Notes: a model not told the origin generated them from the letters alone. A stretch of 62,946 nucleotides of DNA, filler included, from Octopus bimaculoides (GCF_001194135.2; 7 parts of 7 records of this genome joined end to end with filler, not necessarily neighbours in it), one strand, 5' to 3'. Counted from the whole stretch's first letter, positions 13,155 through 26,620 are shown. A program made the numbers and translations.

Positions 13155-13402
13155 GGCACAGTAGTCTGCGTGTGGTTATACGCCTGTACAGTAAAACCAC
13201 ATCTCACGATAGGGCTCAGCCTGATATCTCTATTCCGCTTCTGTCATAACCTGCAGGAGGTGATAGTCAACGTGGATACAGGTCTCGGCTGTTATCGTTT
13301 TGTAATTAGGAAGGCATCAGATAAGAACCCCTCCGTCTGCCACAGGAAGCGGACGATGTGATATCATGGAAATGACACTCCTCCGTTGTGAAAATACTAG
13401 TC

Positions 13403-13436
<34 letters not shown>

Positions 13437-13691
13437 TGTGTGGACGTGTGTATGAATGTGTGCATATGTATGTAGGCATGGCTTTGCCGCTCTCTCTCTC
13501 TCTCTGTCTCTGTCTCTCTCTCTCTCTCTCTATTTCACTATCTCTCTTTCTTTCTCTTCGTCTATGTATATATATATATATACACATACACAAATATATA
13601 TACATATAAATATGCATATATATACGTATATATATACGTGTATATATATATACACACACACATACACACACACACATACACACACACACAC

Positions 13692-13722
<31 letters not shown>

Positions 13723-14512
13723 CATATAAATATGTATATATATATATATACATATATATATACGTATATATATATGTATATATATACACACGTATATATT
13801 TGAATGTATATATATATAAAATACATATATATATACATACACACACACATANNNNNNNNNNNNNNNNNNNNNNNNNNNNNNNNNNNNNNNNNNNNNNNNN
13901 NNNNNNNNNNNNNNNNNNNNNNNNNNNNNNNNNNNNNNNNNNNNNNNNNNNNNNNNNNNNNNNNNNNNNNNNNNNNNNNNNNNNNNNNNNNNNNNNNNNN
14001 NNNNNNNNNNNNNNNNNNNNNNNNNNNNNNNNNNNNNNNNNNNNNNNNNNNNNNNNNNNNNNNNNNNNNNNNNNNNNNNNNNNNNNNNNNNNNNNNNNNN
14101 NNNNNNNNNNNNNNNNNNNNNNNNNNNNNNNNNNNNNNNNNNNNNNNNNNNNNNNNNNNNNNNNNNNNNNNNNNNNNNNNNNNNNNNNNNNNNNNNNNNN
14201 NNNNNNNNNNNNNNNNNNNNNNNNNNNNNNNNNNNNNNNNNNNNNNNNNNNNNNNNNNNNNNNNNNNNNNNNNNNNNNNNNNNNNNNNNNNNNNNNNNNN
14301 NNNNNNNNNNNNNNNNNNNNNNNNNNNNNNNNNNNNNNNNNNNNNNNNNNNNNNNNNNNNNNNNNNNNNNNNNNNNNNNNNNNNNNNNNNNNNNNNNNNN
14401 NNNNNNNNNNNNNNNNNNNNNNNNNNNNNNNNNNNNNNNNNNNNNNNNNNNNNNNNNNNNNNNNNNNNNNNNNNNNNNNNNNNNNNNNNNNNNNNNNNNN
14501 NNNNNNNNNNNN

Positions 14513-14596
14513 ACGACGACGACGACGACGACGACGGTGATGATGATGATGATGATGATGATGATGACCACGACGACGACGACGATGATGATGATG

Positions 14597-14672
<76 letters not shown>

Positions 14673-14680
14673 TAATAATA
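14513..14680. repeat. Compound (GAC)n-(GAT)n-(AAT)n microsatellite
   Basis: Seen directly in the sequence. Confidence 0.95.
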
Positions 14681-15018
14681 AATGACGCTATAGAAAAACG
14701 GTGAAACCAGTGTGGTGTAAGATGTGAGAGCCATCAAAGATGTTAATTAGCTATTCAGCTAAAACTCGGGGTCAAGGTCCCGTTTAAAAAAAAAAAGAAA
14801 CTAACAAAAAAAACATCAAAACAAAACAAAGACAGAAACGAAGCAGCAACATAAAAATATGAAAATTTAAAAACTGAAAAGGAAACGACGGTGGCGACGT
14901 GCGGTGGTTGTAATTAGAATGAATAACAGCGTTTGTAGTGATGTTAGTGGGACTTCGAAGTCGAGAAAATTTGAGAGAGTCTCATGTTCCATCATAAGTA
15001 AAATGAAGTGAAATGAAG

Positions 15019-15444
15019 TGAAGTCGCGTGGCCTGGTGGTTACGGTGTTGCATTCACGATTGCCAGATCACGGGTTCGATTCCCCGACCCGGGATGCGTG
15101 TTTTGTTGTCTGGGGCAAAACACTGCATTTCCCCACCCAGGCTGCCCAAGTGCTGCGTGGGGAGATCCGCAAGTCAAAGAATACATCCGACGTTGTCTCT
15201 GCGCGTCGTGAAAAAAAAGGCGGCTAAGAGAGATTGAGGAAGGATTTGCACTCAGACCTTGTAGAACCCTCCTCACCAGCAGCAGCTGTCCAAACAGACC
15301 CCCCCACACACACACACACGCCATGGGCTGGAGGGTTGTCACGTGGGGAGTGGTGCAAAAGTGCCATGCGTCAGGAGTAGAAGGGAATCACCAATAAATG
15401 GCGGATGCAGCGACGCAATGTTACAGTGCAACCCTTCATCATCA

Positions 15445-15445
<1 letters not shown>
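15019..15445 (+). mobile_element. tRNA-headed SINE-like element with (CAT/TAC)n tail
   Basis: tggcctggtggtt...gggttcgattcccc head; 3' segment gaatcaccaa.aaatgg.gatgca shared in reverse with 22690-22830. Confidence 0.65.
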
Positions 15446-15492
<47 letters not shown>

Positions 15493-16212
15493 ATTGGTCG
15501 GGACTCTAGAAGAAGCTACTTGTCCAAGGTCCCACGCAATAGGACAGAACCTGAGATCACAGGTTCCAAAGAGAGCTTCTTAACTACACGGCCANNNNNN
15601 NNNNNNNNNNNNNNNNNNNNNNNNNNNNNNNNNNNNNNNNNNNNNNNNNNNNNNNNNNNNNNNNNNNNNNNNNNNNNNNNNNNNNNNNNNNNNNNNNNNN
15701 NNNNNNNNNNNNNNNNNNNNNNNNNNNNNNNNNNNNNNNNNNNNNNNNNNNNNNNNNNNNNNNNNNNNNNNNNNNNNNNNNNNNNNNNNNNNNNNNNNNN
15801 NNNNNNNNNNNNNNNNNNNNNNNNNNNNNNNNNNNNNNNNNNNNNNNNNNNNNNNNNNNNNNNNNNNNNNNNNNNNNNNNNNNNNNNNNNNNNNNNNNNN
15901 NNNNNNNNNNNNNNNNNNNNNNNNNNNNNNNNNNNNNNNNNNNNNNNNNNNNNNNNNNNNNNNNNNNNNNNNNNNNNNNNNNNNNNNNNNNNNNNNNNNN
16001 NNNNNNNNNNNNNNNNNNNNNNNNNNNNNNNNNNNNNNNNNNNNNNNNNNNNNNNNNNNNNNNNNNNNNNNNNNNNNNNNNNNNNNNNNNNNNNNNNNNN
16101 NNNNNNNNNNNNNNNNNNNNNNNNNNNNNNNNNNNNNNNNNNNNNNNNNNNNNNNNNNNNNNNNNNNNNNNNNNNNNNNNNNNNNNNNNNNNNNNNNNNN
16201 NNNNNNNNNNNN

Positions 16213-16249
<37 letters not shown>

Positions 16250-17084
16250 CATACATATAGATATATGTATTTGTATATATATGTATATATATGTATATAT
16301 ATGCGCCCACGTGCTTGTGCGTATATATGTGTGTGTGTGTGTGTATGCGTGTGTGTGTGCGTGTGTGTGTGTGTGTGTGTGTATTTATTGCCGTGTTGAT
16401 GGGAAGATTAATCATTCTCCTCCGCAGCTTTCATTTACTTTCTCCTCTTCATATCAAGTTCGCCATTTTTTCCCCTTTCTCGCTATTCATCATTCATCAC
16501 ACACGTTCACACATACACACACACACGCACATTTGAGGTTAGTAATTGATTTTGTAACAAATGACGGTAGTTATTTCGTTGCTATTTTTGGTTGTTGTTG
16601 TTGTTGTTGTTGTTTAACCCAAGGTAAGTCCTGATTGGGTAGATTTATCATAAACAACACCAACATGTCATAACTTTGCTGTCGTTATTTAACCGAAGGT
16701 CAGTCGTGAATGTGCAGACAAGGCACAATGCAGCCCCAACCAAACAGATCGATGATCAAAGGTGGTTCCAGCCTTGACTATCCCATCCTTTAATCGGTCA
16801 TCGCATATCTTGGACTGCATTATTCAGCGTGCTTTCGGCTTCTTCTCAAGACAATTGAATTATTTTTCTGCAGTAATGTAGCATCATACAAAGGTTTTAT
16901 GAGAAAGCGGTCTATTGGTTGCTCGGACTGGGTTCTGAATGGACAAGAAAAGCCCTGTGATTATCTGAAATTCTCCTTCTTGAAAACATCTCACAACCTC
17001 ATGCAATTGGTATAACTGTTAATGATCAATCTATAAACATCGGGATGGAAGTGGAGATAAATTTCGTGTAGGCAAATAATAATC

Positions 17085-17135
17085 GAATGCAAAACACTGA
17101 CAAGGGCCAAGAAGGCCGAAACGCGTCTGACATTC
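17085..17135 (+). ncRNA. Minimal type I hammerhead-ribozyme-like motif (PLE type), G8 mutated
   Basis: CTGACAA-G-GGCC aagaa GGCC-GAAA-C GC G-TC with palindromic ACGCGT stem III; stem I CA/TG plus GAATG/CATTC. Confidence 0.65.
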
Positions 17136-17974
17136 TCGTGACTCTCTTTGACTCTCTTCTGCGATGACGTTCGCCCCTCTCTGGTATATATTTTGTAGTT
17201 TTAACACAACATATCCATGAAGAGGTTTGTTTTTCTCAGACAAAATCTACAACATCATCCTTTTCAACGATATATATACGTTCAGGACGCCATGTCTCAA
17301 AATCGCCATGTTAATTTATTAAGACCAAAAAAACTGAATAAAAATTTGCAGAGAAATTGATTTCGATTGTGTTACTCGATATTTTGCCGTTAAAAACGCC
17401 CAGAAATGATAATCTAATTACTTTATTAAGCTTGTCGTTACTTTGTATAAAGTGTATTATTTTCTGGTTATTCTGGTGCACGAGGAAGAAGGCAATTGCG
17501 GATGTATACCAACAGCCATGTATTTTGACAGCTTGACACCAACCATCATGTTTCATAACGATTCTGCTTTCTTAACCAGCTTTTTGTTTGTATCATAAAT
17601 ATTTTATGTTTAGGCATGGCCGTTTGATTAAGCTCGCTTTCCAACCACGTGACTTCGGGTTTAATTCCACCGCACGGCGGCTTAAGCAAGTGTTTTCTTC
17701 TATAGCTCCGGGCCGACCAATGCCATGTGAATGAATCGAGAAACCTTGTGGAATCCCGTTATATGACAATGACAAGTCACTTAACCCTCACGGGGGTCGT
17801 TGGGGTGCTGCAGCCATGCAGCGTATCTTCGGTGAGAAAGCCTGGCGGAGAAAATCCCTTTCCAGGCTAAGCTCATTTCTACAGCTGAGTGGACTGGAGC
17901 AACGTGACATGAAGTGTTTTGTTCAAGAACACAATGCATCGCTCGGTCCAGGAATCGATACGTAACGGTCTTTC

Positions 17975-18258
17975 TATTGTTAAAGATATCTTGATAATTT
18001 TATGATTCCTGAAGTTGCCTTCATTCCTTTTAAAATAGTTTTGTTTCTGTGTTACTTGGTCGAAATATTAACTTTCCTTCGTAAATAATTACTTGAAATA
18101 ACCATTTTTCATTAAGTGACACATTTCTTTTGTCCTGGATTTTGTTCTGACAAGCACATGCAAGTTTTATACAACTATAACTGACCTTGACGCTGGTTTT
18201 ATTAAACAATTTGTGTTGCTTATGAATAACTGACAAAACATTTTTCAAAAGTTAAGCT
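17975..18258 (-). mobile_element. Penelope-like element fragment (RT to GIY-YIG linker and start of endonuclease)
   Basis: HKQHKLFNKTSVKVSYSC...CACQNK...SLNEKWLFQVIIYEGK resembles the invertebrate PLE pattern 'HKIFNRNTVKVSYSC...CNCR.K..CPL.GKCL...IY.A'. The 5' part is hidden in a gap. Confidence 0.72.
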
Positions 18259-18512
18259 NNNNNNNNNNNNNNNNNNNNNNNNNNNNNNNNNNNNNNNNNN
18301 NNNNNNNNNNNNNNNNNNNNNNNNNNNNNNNNNNNNNNNNNNNNNNNNNNNNNNNNNNNNNNNNNNNNNNNNNNNNNNNNNNNNNNNNNNNNNNNNNNNN
18401 NNNNNNNNNNNNNNNNNNNNNNNNNNNNNNNNNNNNNNNNNNNNNNNNNNNNNNNNNNNNNNNNNNNNNNNNNNNNNNNNNNNNNNNNNNNNNNNNNNNN
18501 NNNNNNNNNNNN

Positions 18513-18546
<34 letters not shown>

Positions 18547-18606
18547 CACGCTCTCGCACACATACATAAGTTGAGGTACATATACATGTATAAACAAAGA
18601 TATGTA

Positions 18607-18647
<41 letters not shown>

Positions 18648-19129
18648 ACACACATATGGGGTAAGCGTGTATTTAGTTACTGTGTATAAAACAACATTCA
18701 TTTTCTAAATTTATTCGGTTCACTGACGGATATTATTTCATTTTAATTTTTAAACATGTGTTTACATCTATATATGTATGTAGGTGTGCATGTACGTATG
18801 TATTTATATATGTGTGTCCATTTGTATGTGTTTGTGTTTGTCTTACTGTGTATACAAACATGTATGCATGTTGCATGCATACATGAATGTATGTATATAT
18901 GTACGTACACACACACACACACGAATATATATGAATATATGTATATATATATATATATATATNNNNNNNNNNNNNNNNNNNNNNNNNNNNNNNNNNNNNN
19001 NNNNNNTTAATTAATTAANNNNNNNNNNNNNNNNNNNNNNNNNNNNNNNNNNNNNNNNNNNNAAAAGAAAAGCTCTACATTGTATTTGTCCCATCTTCGT
19101 TGAGCCCTGTGTGGCTAATAAAAGAAATG

Positions 19130-19163
<34 letters not shown>

Positions 19164-19362
19164 ACTGTCTGTCCGTCTGTCTGTCTGTTTGTCTATCTGT
19201 CTGTCTGTCTGTCTGTCTTTCTATTTGCCTGCGTATCTATGCAAGGGTGCGTATTTCTTCCGGTTTCTCCTGTGGTCACTTGACAGCAGGCGCTGGTTTC
19301 TTTATACACATATAACCCAGCGGCAAAAGTAGCTCAGTAGAATGCGCAACAAACTTAAAGAA

Positions 19363-19423
<61 letters not shown>

Positions 19424-19858
19424 TAAGTGGTTGGGTGTATTCCTTTGACTGAAGCTTTTAATTGTGATTACGACTGGAATTCCAACATGACTGCAATTCA
19501 ATAACTGAATCAAGAGGTAAACGATAAAAACGTAAATTTGTGACTGAGTTGAGTGTGAACTCGTGTGTGTGTGTGATTGTGTGTGAATGAATACGTATAT
19601 AGAATGATTTGAGAGACTATCTGTATCCCCATATTTATGTGTCTATCATACGTTTTCTCCTTCGCCTCTCTTCACTGTCATATCTCTTCCTAAAACCTTT
19701 TTTCGTCTTTACACATTTAAATACATACAATCACTGCTATGTACGTGTATGCGTGTGTGTGTGTGTGTGTGTGTCTGTATGTGTGTGCGTGCACGTGGAT
19801 ATTTGTATTTCCATATGTATAGTCGTGCTTATTTAGGTTTCATATATATATATATGTA

Positions 19859-19891
<33 letters not shown>

Positions 19892-22800
19892 NNNNNNNNN
19901 NNNNNNNNNNNNNNNNNNNNNNNNNNNNNNNNNNNNNNNNNNNNNNNNNNNNNNNNNNNNNNNNNNNNNNNNNNNNNNNNNNNNNNNNNNNNNNNNNNNN
20001 NNNNNNNNNNNNNNNNNNNNNNNNNNNNNNNNNNNNNNNNNNNNNNNNNNNNNNNNNNNNNNNNNNNNNNNNNNNNNNNNNNNNNNNNNNNNNNNNNNNN
20101 NNNNNNNNNNNNNNNNNNNNNNNNNNNNNNNNNNNNNNNNNNNNNNNNNNNNNNNNNNNNNNNNNNNNNNNNNNNNNNNNNNNNNNNNNNNNNNNNNNNN
20201 NNNNNNNNNNNNNNNNNNNNNNNNNNNNNNNNNNNNNNNNNNNNNNNNNNNNNNNNNNNNNNNNNNNNNNNNNNNNNNNNNNNNNNNNNNNNNNNNNNNN
20301 NNNNNNNNNNNNNNNNNNNNNNNNNNNNNNNNNNNNNNNNNNNNNNNNNNNNNNNNNNNNNNNNNNNNNNNNNNNNNNNNNNNNNNNNNNNNNNNNNNNN
20401 NNNNNNNNNNNNNNNNNNNNNNNNNNNNNNNNNNNNNNNNNNNNNNNNNNNNNNNNNNNNNNNNNNNNNNNNNNNNNNNNNNNNNNNNNNNNNNNNNNNN
20501 NNNNNNNNNNNNNNNNNNNNNNNNNNNNNNNNNNNNNNNNNNNNNNNGTAGTAGTAGTGGTGGTGGTGGTGGTAATAGAAGTGATAGTAGTAGTGATGGT
20601 GGTGGTGGTAGTGGTAGTAGTAGTTGAAGTAGTAGTAGTCGTGGTAATAGTATTAGTAGTGGTAGTGGTAGTGTTAGTTGTTGTAGTAGTAGTAGTAGTA
20701 GTAGTAGTAATACCACCCCTACGTTTAACACCTCTACCACAGCAGGAGTACTGCCGCCAGTACAAATACGCCCAATACCACCACTACTACAAGCATCACC
20801 ACTTACTATTATCCTTATTGTAATCGATACTACCACTGCAACAACAATAACCACCTCCACAACTACCAACACTATTGAAAACGCTAGCGCTACCACTACC
20901 ACTGATACTGTAATCAACACCATCCACGATCAGATATTGCGACACAACATTGGGCAGTACGAAGAGGAAGTGAGATGTAGCAGAGGTTGTAATATTGATG
21001 GTGGTAGTGGTGATGGTGTCCGTGAATATGTACTCATATTTGCTTCAATTCCTCATGTTTTTCTTTTCATTTTTCTTTATTCTCTCATACTGTTTATTTC
21101 TCTATTTCACCAGTATATATACATATGCATATTTATGTAGAGATGTATGAGCTTGAATACGATTCGTTTGATCTTGTAAACTTCTAAAGAACCAAGTGTC
21201 ACTGTCTTACTCTCTCTCTCTTTTCTCTCCTCCTCTTTTTGTCTCTCTACTCTTCCCTTCCTCTTTCTACTCCAGTTTTGTTTAGTTTCCTTTAAGCATA
21301 CATTGGAAAAATCCATTTGCATGTTGTATCATATTATACACATTTTTACTTATTACACACACACACACACACACCCATAGACACATACGCACACATATGT
21401 ATACATTTACATATATTATAAATTATATATATTATATACATACATATTATATACGTGTATATATACGTATATATATTTATTCATGCATATATATATATAT
21501 GGTTCTTTTCGAAAACAATCGTTTCTACTTAAAATGCTGCGCACTCGTGTTACCTAATTAACTAATTAATAAAGCTCACACCTTCGTTCTCATTATTCTA
21601 TAATGCATCTCTAGAACTGCATGGCGACCAAGAAATATACAAAAGAAAATGAGGTAACGAAAATGAATTGTTAGTCTCAGACGTGCCAGGAGATTTAGAC
21701 TTCCTAAGGACGGAACTTAACTCAGTTTCTTTGGCTTATAAATGACTGGAATTTCAATACTCTCCCTGGAACGTATGTATTTCACTTAGGCATTACGTGA
21801 CTAATAACCCGATGTAGAACTCAATACACATATGTTTTAGAACGAAGTGTTGGCTGCGTAAGGAGAGTTAATAAGAAATATATATGACAATGGAATAAAT
21901 GGTTGTCTTACGAAGTTCATTAGCTTAAAGCTGATTCAGTGGATTCATAGTTGAGAGCCTGAATAACACCTTGTAGCTTCATCGGAGCCTTGAGTATGGA
22001 GTGTTATTTGTCATCTTTCTTTCTTACACACACACACGCACACACACACACATGCGTGTGCTTGTGTGTGTGTCTATGTATGTGTTTGTCCTCCACCACC
22101 GCTTGACAGCCGGTGTAGCTGTGCTTACGTATATGTAATTTAGCGGTCCGGTTAAAGAGCCCGATAGAATAAATAGCAGGCTTTAGAAAAGAAATGTACG
22201 GGATCGATTCATTCAATCTAAATTGGTGTAACTAGTAAAAGAAAAAAAAATATAAACTATAAAAAAAAAGTGGGTGGGGGGAGAAGCAAAAAGAGGTTAA
22301 ATTCTGAAAAATAATCTGCTAAAAATATTTTAAAATCGTACAGATGAAAAAATTATAGTTGAATGACTTTTACAATTTTGTAGATGTGAGCAGCGTGATA
22401 ATGGTGTATGTTGCTGAATTTCACACCGCACATCTCTGTCCTGCAATCGAAACCAGGACCTCGCGATCGTGATTGTAACACCCTTCGCGCGCCTTCACAA
22501 GACGTAATGATTAAAAAAGGAAATGAAATATGATGTGGTTATAGCGAATTTTAATAAAATACATTGCCAATAATAAATTTTCCACAAGTGACGACGTAGA
22601 AAATTATTTTCGAACTTACGCAGGAAACTTTGTTTCGTTTTGTGTTCAGAAGACAAATTTGTGAAACTGATTATATGGTAGTGGTAGTAGTAGTAGTCGT
22701 AGTAGTAGTAGTAGTAGTAGTATGGCAACATGCGCTGAAACACCACCTCTATGCATCCCCCATTTGTTGGTGATTCCCCTCTATACCTCGCCCATGATCC

Positions 22801-22959
22801 CTTTGCCCCACTCACGCGACATCCTTCCCTCCCATGCTTTTGTTTGAGTGGTCTTTGCTGCAGAGTGTTTTACGAGGTAAGAGTGCAGATCTTACTTCAA
22901 TCTATTTTCGTCGCTTTTTACGATATGCAGAGGAAATGTTAGGGTTATTCTTTGGCATG

Positions 22960-23320
22960 ACGGTTGCTGAGCTGAGATGAGCTGAGACTCCCTACGGTCA
23001 TGACTAACCATGAGATTGCACCTAGAAAGTTACCCGCCCAGGCACAAGCCTTGGCAAGGTTGTTTGTGGAAGACCAGCAGTCACCCATGCATACCGGCCT
23101 CTCCTCTCCACGCCACCGGTGTTATCCAAGGGAAAGGCAAAGGGGCCGATACAGCTTGGAACCTGTGACGTCGCTACTCATTACAGCTGAGTAAACTGAA
23201 GCAACGTGAAATAAAGTGTCTTGCTCAAGAACACAACACGCAGCCCGGTCCGGGATTCGAACTCACAACCACACGATCGTAAGCTCGACGCTCTAACCAC
23301 TGAGCCATGCGGCTTCACGG
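22960..23320 (-). mobile_element. SINE family D
   Basis: Box A tggctcagtgg, box B gagttcgaatccc, body collinear with 4115-4470. Confidence 0.85.
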
Positions 23321-24228
23321 TATTGGTTACGAATAAATCAAGAATGAAACTAGAAAACATTGATATTCAATTTCAAAAACTTTTGAACAAAATTCCTTCG
23401 ATGCTGCTTTTAAAGCAGTGATGTGACAGCATCGCTACCAGGCCAGTCTAAAATGATTCTGAGATCGAATGCCACCGAGGTTGACCTTGCTTTTCTCCAT
23501 TTCTGGATCAATAACATTAGTACCATTTCAGTACTGGGGTTGCTGTAATCGACAATCCCCAAATTTCAGTCCTTGTGCCTATAGGAAAAAAGATATCTAA
23601 ACATGGCTTAGGCGTTGCTAAAAATCGATGACTCATTTACAACTGAAAGAAAGACCCAGAATGAAATACTTCAATTTGTGTGAGGTTACTTTCAGCAGAA
23701 TTATCGCTGCAAATGCAGTGCCTAGCAGAAAATTTAATTAAAAACGTGCTTGAAAACAATGATGAATTGAAATTAGGTGATTAGTTTACATTGAAAATTT
23801 CGCTACTGAACAGCGTTGGTTTCCCACAAATATGGTTGTTATGCATATTTCTGTATTACGTACACACTGCAGCTTATGGAAACCACAACACGACCAAATG
23901 AGTGCCCGATTTTAAAACAACAACGATAGCTTCTGATGCCTGAATGGTCTATGAAAATAGGACGACAATTATAATGCAACAGGTCGGCCGACGAATGGAG
24001 AAAGCCTGCCCTGAAATGACGATCAACAAAAACTATACGTGGCTAGCTACCTGATATGTTTTTCCACTCAAATTTGAATGAATGCGTTTAAATGGTTTTG
24101 CTTTGAACGCACATTGAGATGCTTTATTTTTGTTGTATGCGTTCCCGCTATTCATATGTAAGTGACTATTTTCATGAAGGTTGTCTCTCTCTTACGAGAT
24201 TAGCTGCATGCTAATATTACGTAATCAC

Positions 24229-24663
24229 AGAAAGTCGGCGAGCTGGCAGAAACGTTAGCGCGCTGGGCGAAATGCTTAGCGGTATTTTGTCTGCCGTTAC
24301 GTTCTAAGTTCAAATTCCGCCGAGGTCGACTTTGCCTTTCATCCTTTCGGTGTCGATTAAATAAGAACCAGTTACGTATTGGGGTCGATATAATCAACTT
24401 AATACGTTTGTCTGTCCTTCTTTGTCCCCTCTATGTTTAGCCTCTTGCGGGCAATAAAGAAATAAGAAAAGTTAGCACGCCGGGCGAAATGCTTAGCAGT
24501 ATTTCGCCTCTCTTTACTTTCTAAGTTCAAATTCTGCCGCGGTTGACTTTGCCTTTCATTCTTTCGGGGTCGATAAATTAAGTACCAGCTGCGTACTGGG
24601 ATCCATCTAATCGACTGGCCTCCTCTCTAAAAATTTCGGGCCTTGCACCGAGAGTAGAAAAGA
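24229..24663 (+). mobile_element. Dimeric family A SINE flanked by a single TSD
   Basis: Two monomers joined by a linker; 16-bp TSD aatattacgtaatcac at 24213-24228 and 24664-24679. Confidence 0.9.
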
Positions 24664-25874
24664 ATATTACGTAATCACTAAAGCTTAATCCTTTGTCCTA
24701 TTATTATATTAAGGCCTTTCTGATATCATTATAGAATACATTGTATCTTTCTTGCAACATGAGTTGTAGCGCAAAGAAAGAAATATACGTACATAATTCC
24801 CTGTCTCAAGTTCTGTCTCTCTCTGTGCCCCCCACCCGCCTTTCTCACACATTATCATCAATATTGTCTACTATCCTACTTTCTAGTTATGAAAGTAATG
24901 CGGATGAATTGTATAGACCTATAGGTTGAGATAACAGCAGGCTGTTATACAAAAGCGTGTATACATTCATGCCTACATAATTACTTACAAAAATAGAAAT
25001 GGCATACAAATGCAAGTATATGTGTATGCGTGCATGCATCAATAAATGAATAAAACCATTCATAAAATGCATACATATGGATGTGTAATTGTATGTAAGT
25101 AGTTAAGGATGCGTGCGTTCTTGCATGTATGAATATATATATATATATATATANNNNNNNNNNNNNNNNNNNNNNNNNNNNNNNNNNNNNNNNNNNNNNN
25201 NNNNNNNNNNNNNNNNNNNNNNNNNNNNNNNNNNNNNNNNNNNNNNNNNNNNNNNNNNNNNNNNNNNNNNNNNNNNNNNNNNNNNNNNNNNNNNNNNNNN
25301 NNNNNNNNNNNNNNNNNNNNNNNNNNNNNNNNNNNNNNNNNNNNNNNNNNNNNNNNNNNNNNNNNNNNNATATATATATGCATACACATATACATATGTG
25401 GGTCTGTATACAAAGTATATTTCTGTTTATATGCAATATATATGTATGCGTGTGTGTATGTATGTATGTATGTTGTGTATGTTATATGTATATCAATTTG
25501 AGCTTGGAAAAAGAGCAACCAACATATGAAGTGTGAACTCTAATTATGAATATTTGAAAGAGCGGTTATCTTCGTTCTGAATATGGATCTTATTGATAAC
25601 GAGCACACTATAAAGCCTTTAGACTAACCAATTTCTCTTCAATCTATTGAAAACTAAACCTGTTAGAATAAACATGTCAGGAATTCTTCACATCAGGAAC
25701 TGTTATCAAATTTCTAAAATTTGTTAAGAAGTGGGATTTGAAATATGTGTCAGCTTTCCTCGTGAGCATGTGTGCAGGCGTAGCCTTGTGGTTAAAGTGT
25801 TATCCTTGCAATAAACGGTTATAGCTTCCGTACTCATCATTTGGTACCTCGCACATATCTGTTTATTATCATCA

Positions 25875-25945
<71 letters not shown>

Positions 25946-26354
25946 TTTCTGTGCTTTGTATTGTTCATTTGATTGATATTTTTGAGTGGTGTTTAGCAGG
26001 TAAAAACTAAAATCTTGTGTGTGCGTGTTTATCTGTGAGCGTGTGTGTGTGTGTGTGTTTTGTGCCCCTCTGTCTGTCTATGTGCGTGTGCATGTGTGCG
26101 TAAATACATACATATATCTATGTCTGTACGTATATCTAGCTTTCCTTCTGCATATATATGGGTGCGCGCACGTGTGTATATGTATATATAGGTGAGTTTG
26201 TTTATTTGTATATAGGTGCGTGTATGTGTGTGTGTGTATGCGTGTGTGTGTGTGTATGTGTGTGATATGCGTGTGTGTCTGGTATGTATGTGAACATATG
26301 TACGCTCTTTCTCTGCATGAATATTCGCCTGTTATCAACATTTACATAGATAAA

Positions 26355-26620
26355 GGCGACGAGCTGGTAGAAACGTTAGCACGCCGGGCGAAATGCTTCG
26401 CGGTATTTTGTCTGCCGTTACGTTCTGAGTTCGAATTCCACCGAGGTCGACTTTGCCTTTCTTCCTTTCGAGGCGATTAAATAAGTACCAGTTACGCACT
26501 GGATTAGATATAATCGACTTAACCCCTTTGTCTGTCCTTGTTTGTTCCCTCTGTGTGTAGCCCCTTGTGGGGCAATAAAAAATAAGAAACGTTAAGAACG
26601 CCGTGCGAAACGCCTTAACT
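26355..26620 (+). mobile_element. Family A SINE with dimer linker and start of second monomer
   Basis: Monomer + tttgtctgtccttgtttg..ccccttgtggggcaataaa linker + aaacgtta..acgccg.gcgaaa. Confidence 0.85.

Noticed and set aside
17311-17556. 81-aa minus ORF (MKHDGWCQAVK...) considered as an anoctamin exon
   Set aside because: No anoctamin motif or convincing splice sites; the N-terminal part derives from SINE-like sequence (gcttgacaccaacc).
20557-21010. V/T/S-rich ORFs suggesting a mucin-like exon
   Set aside because: Degenerate (GTA/GGT/CAC) trinucleotide sequence with no splice signals and open low-complexity frames on both strands.
23245-23320. tRNA-like sequence with box A and box B (also heads at 5838, 15019, 62237)
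   Set aside because: No complete cloverleaf or terminator, and each continues into a SINE body; these are SINE heads.
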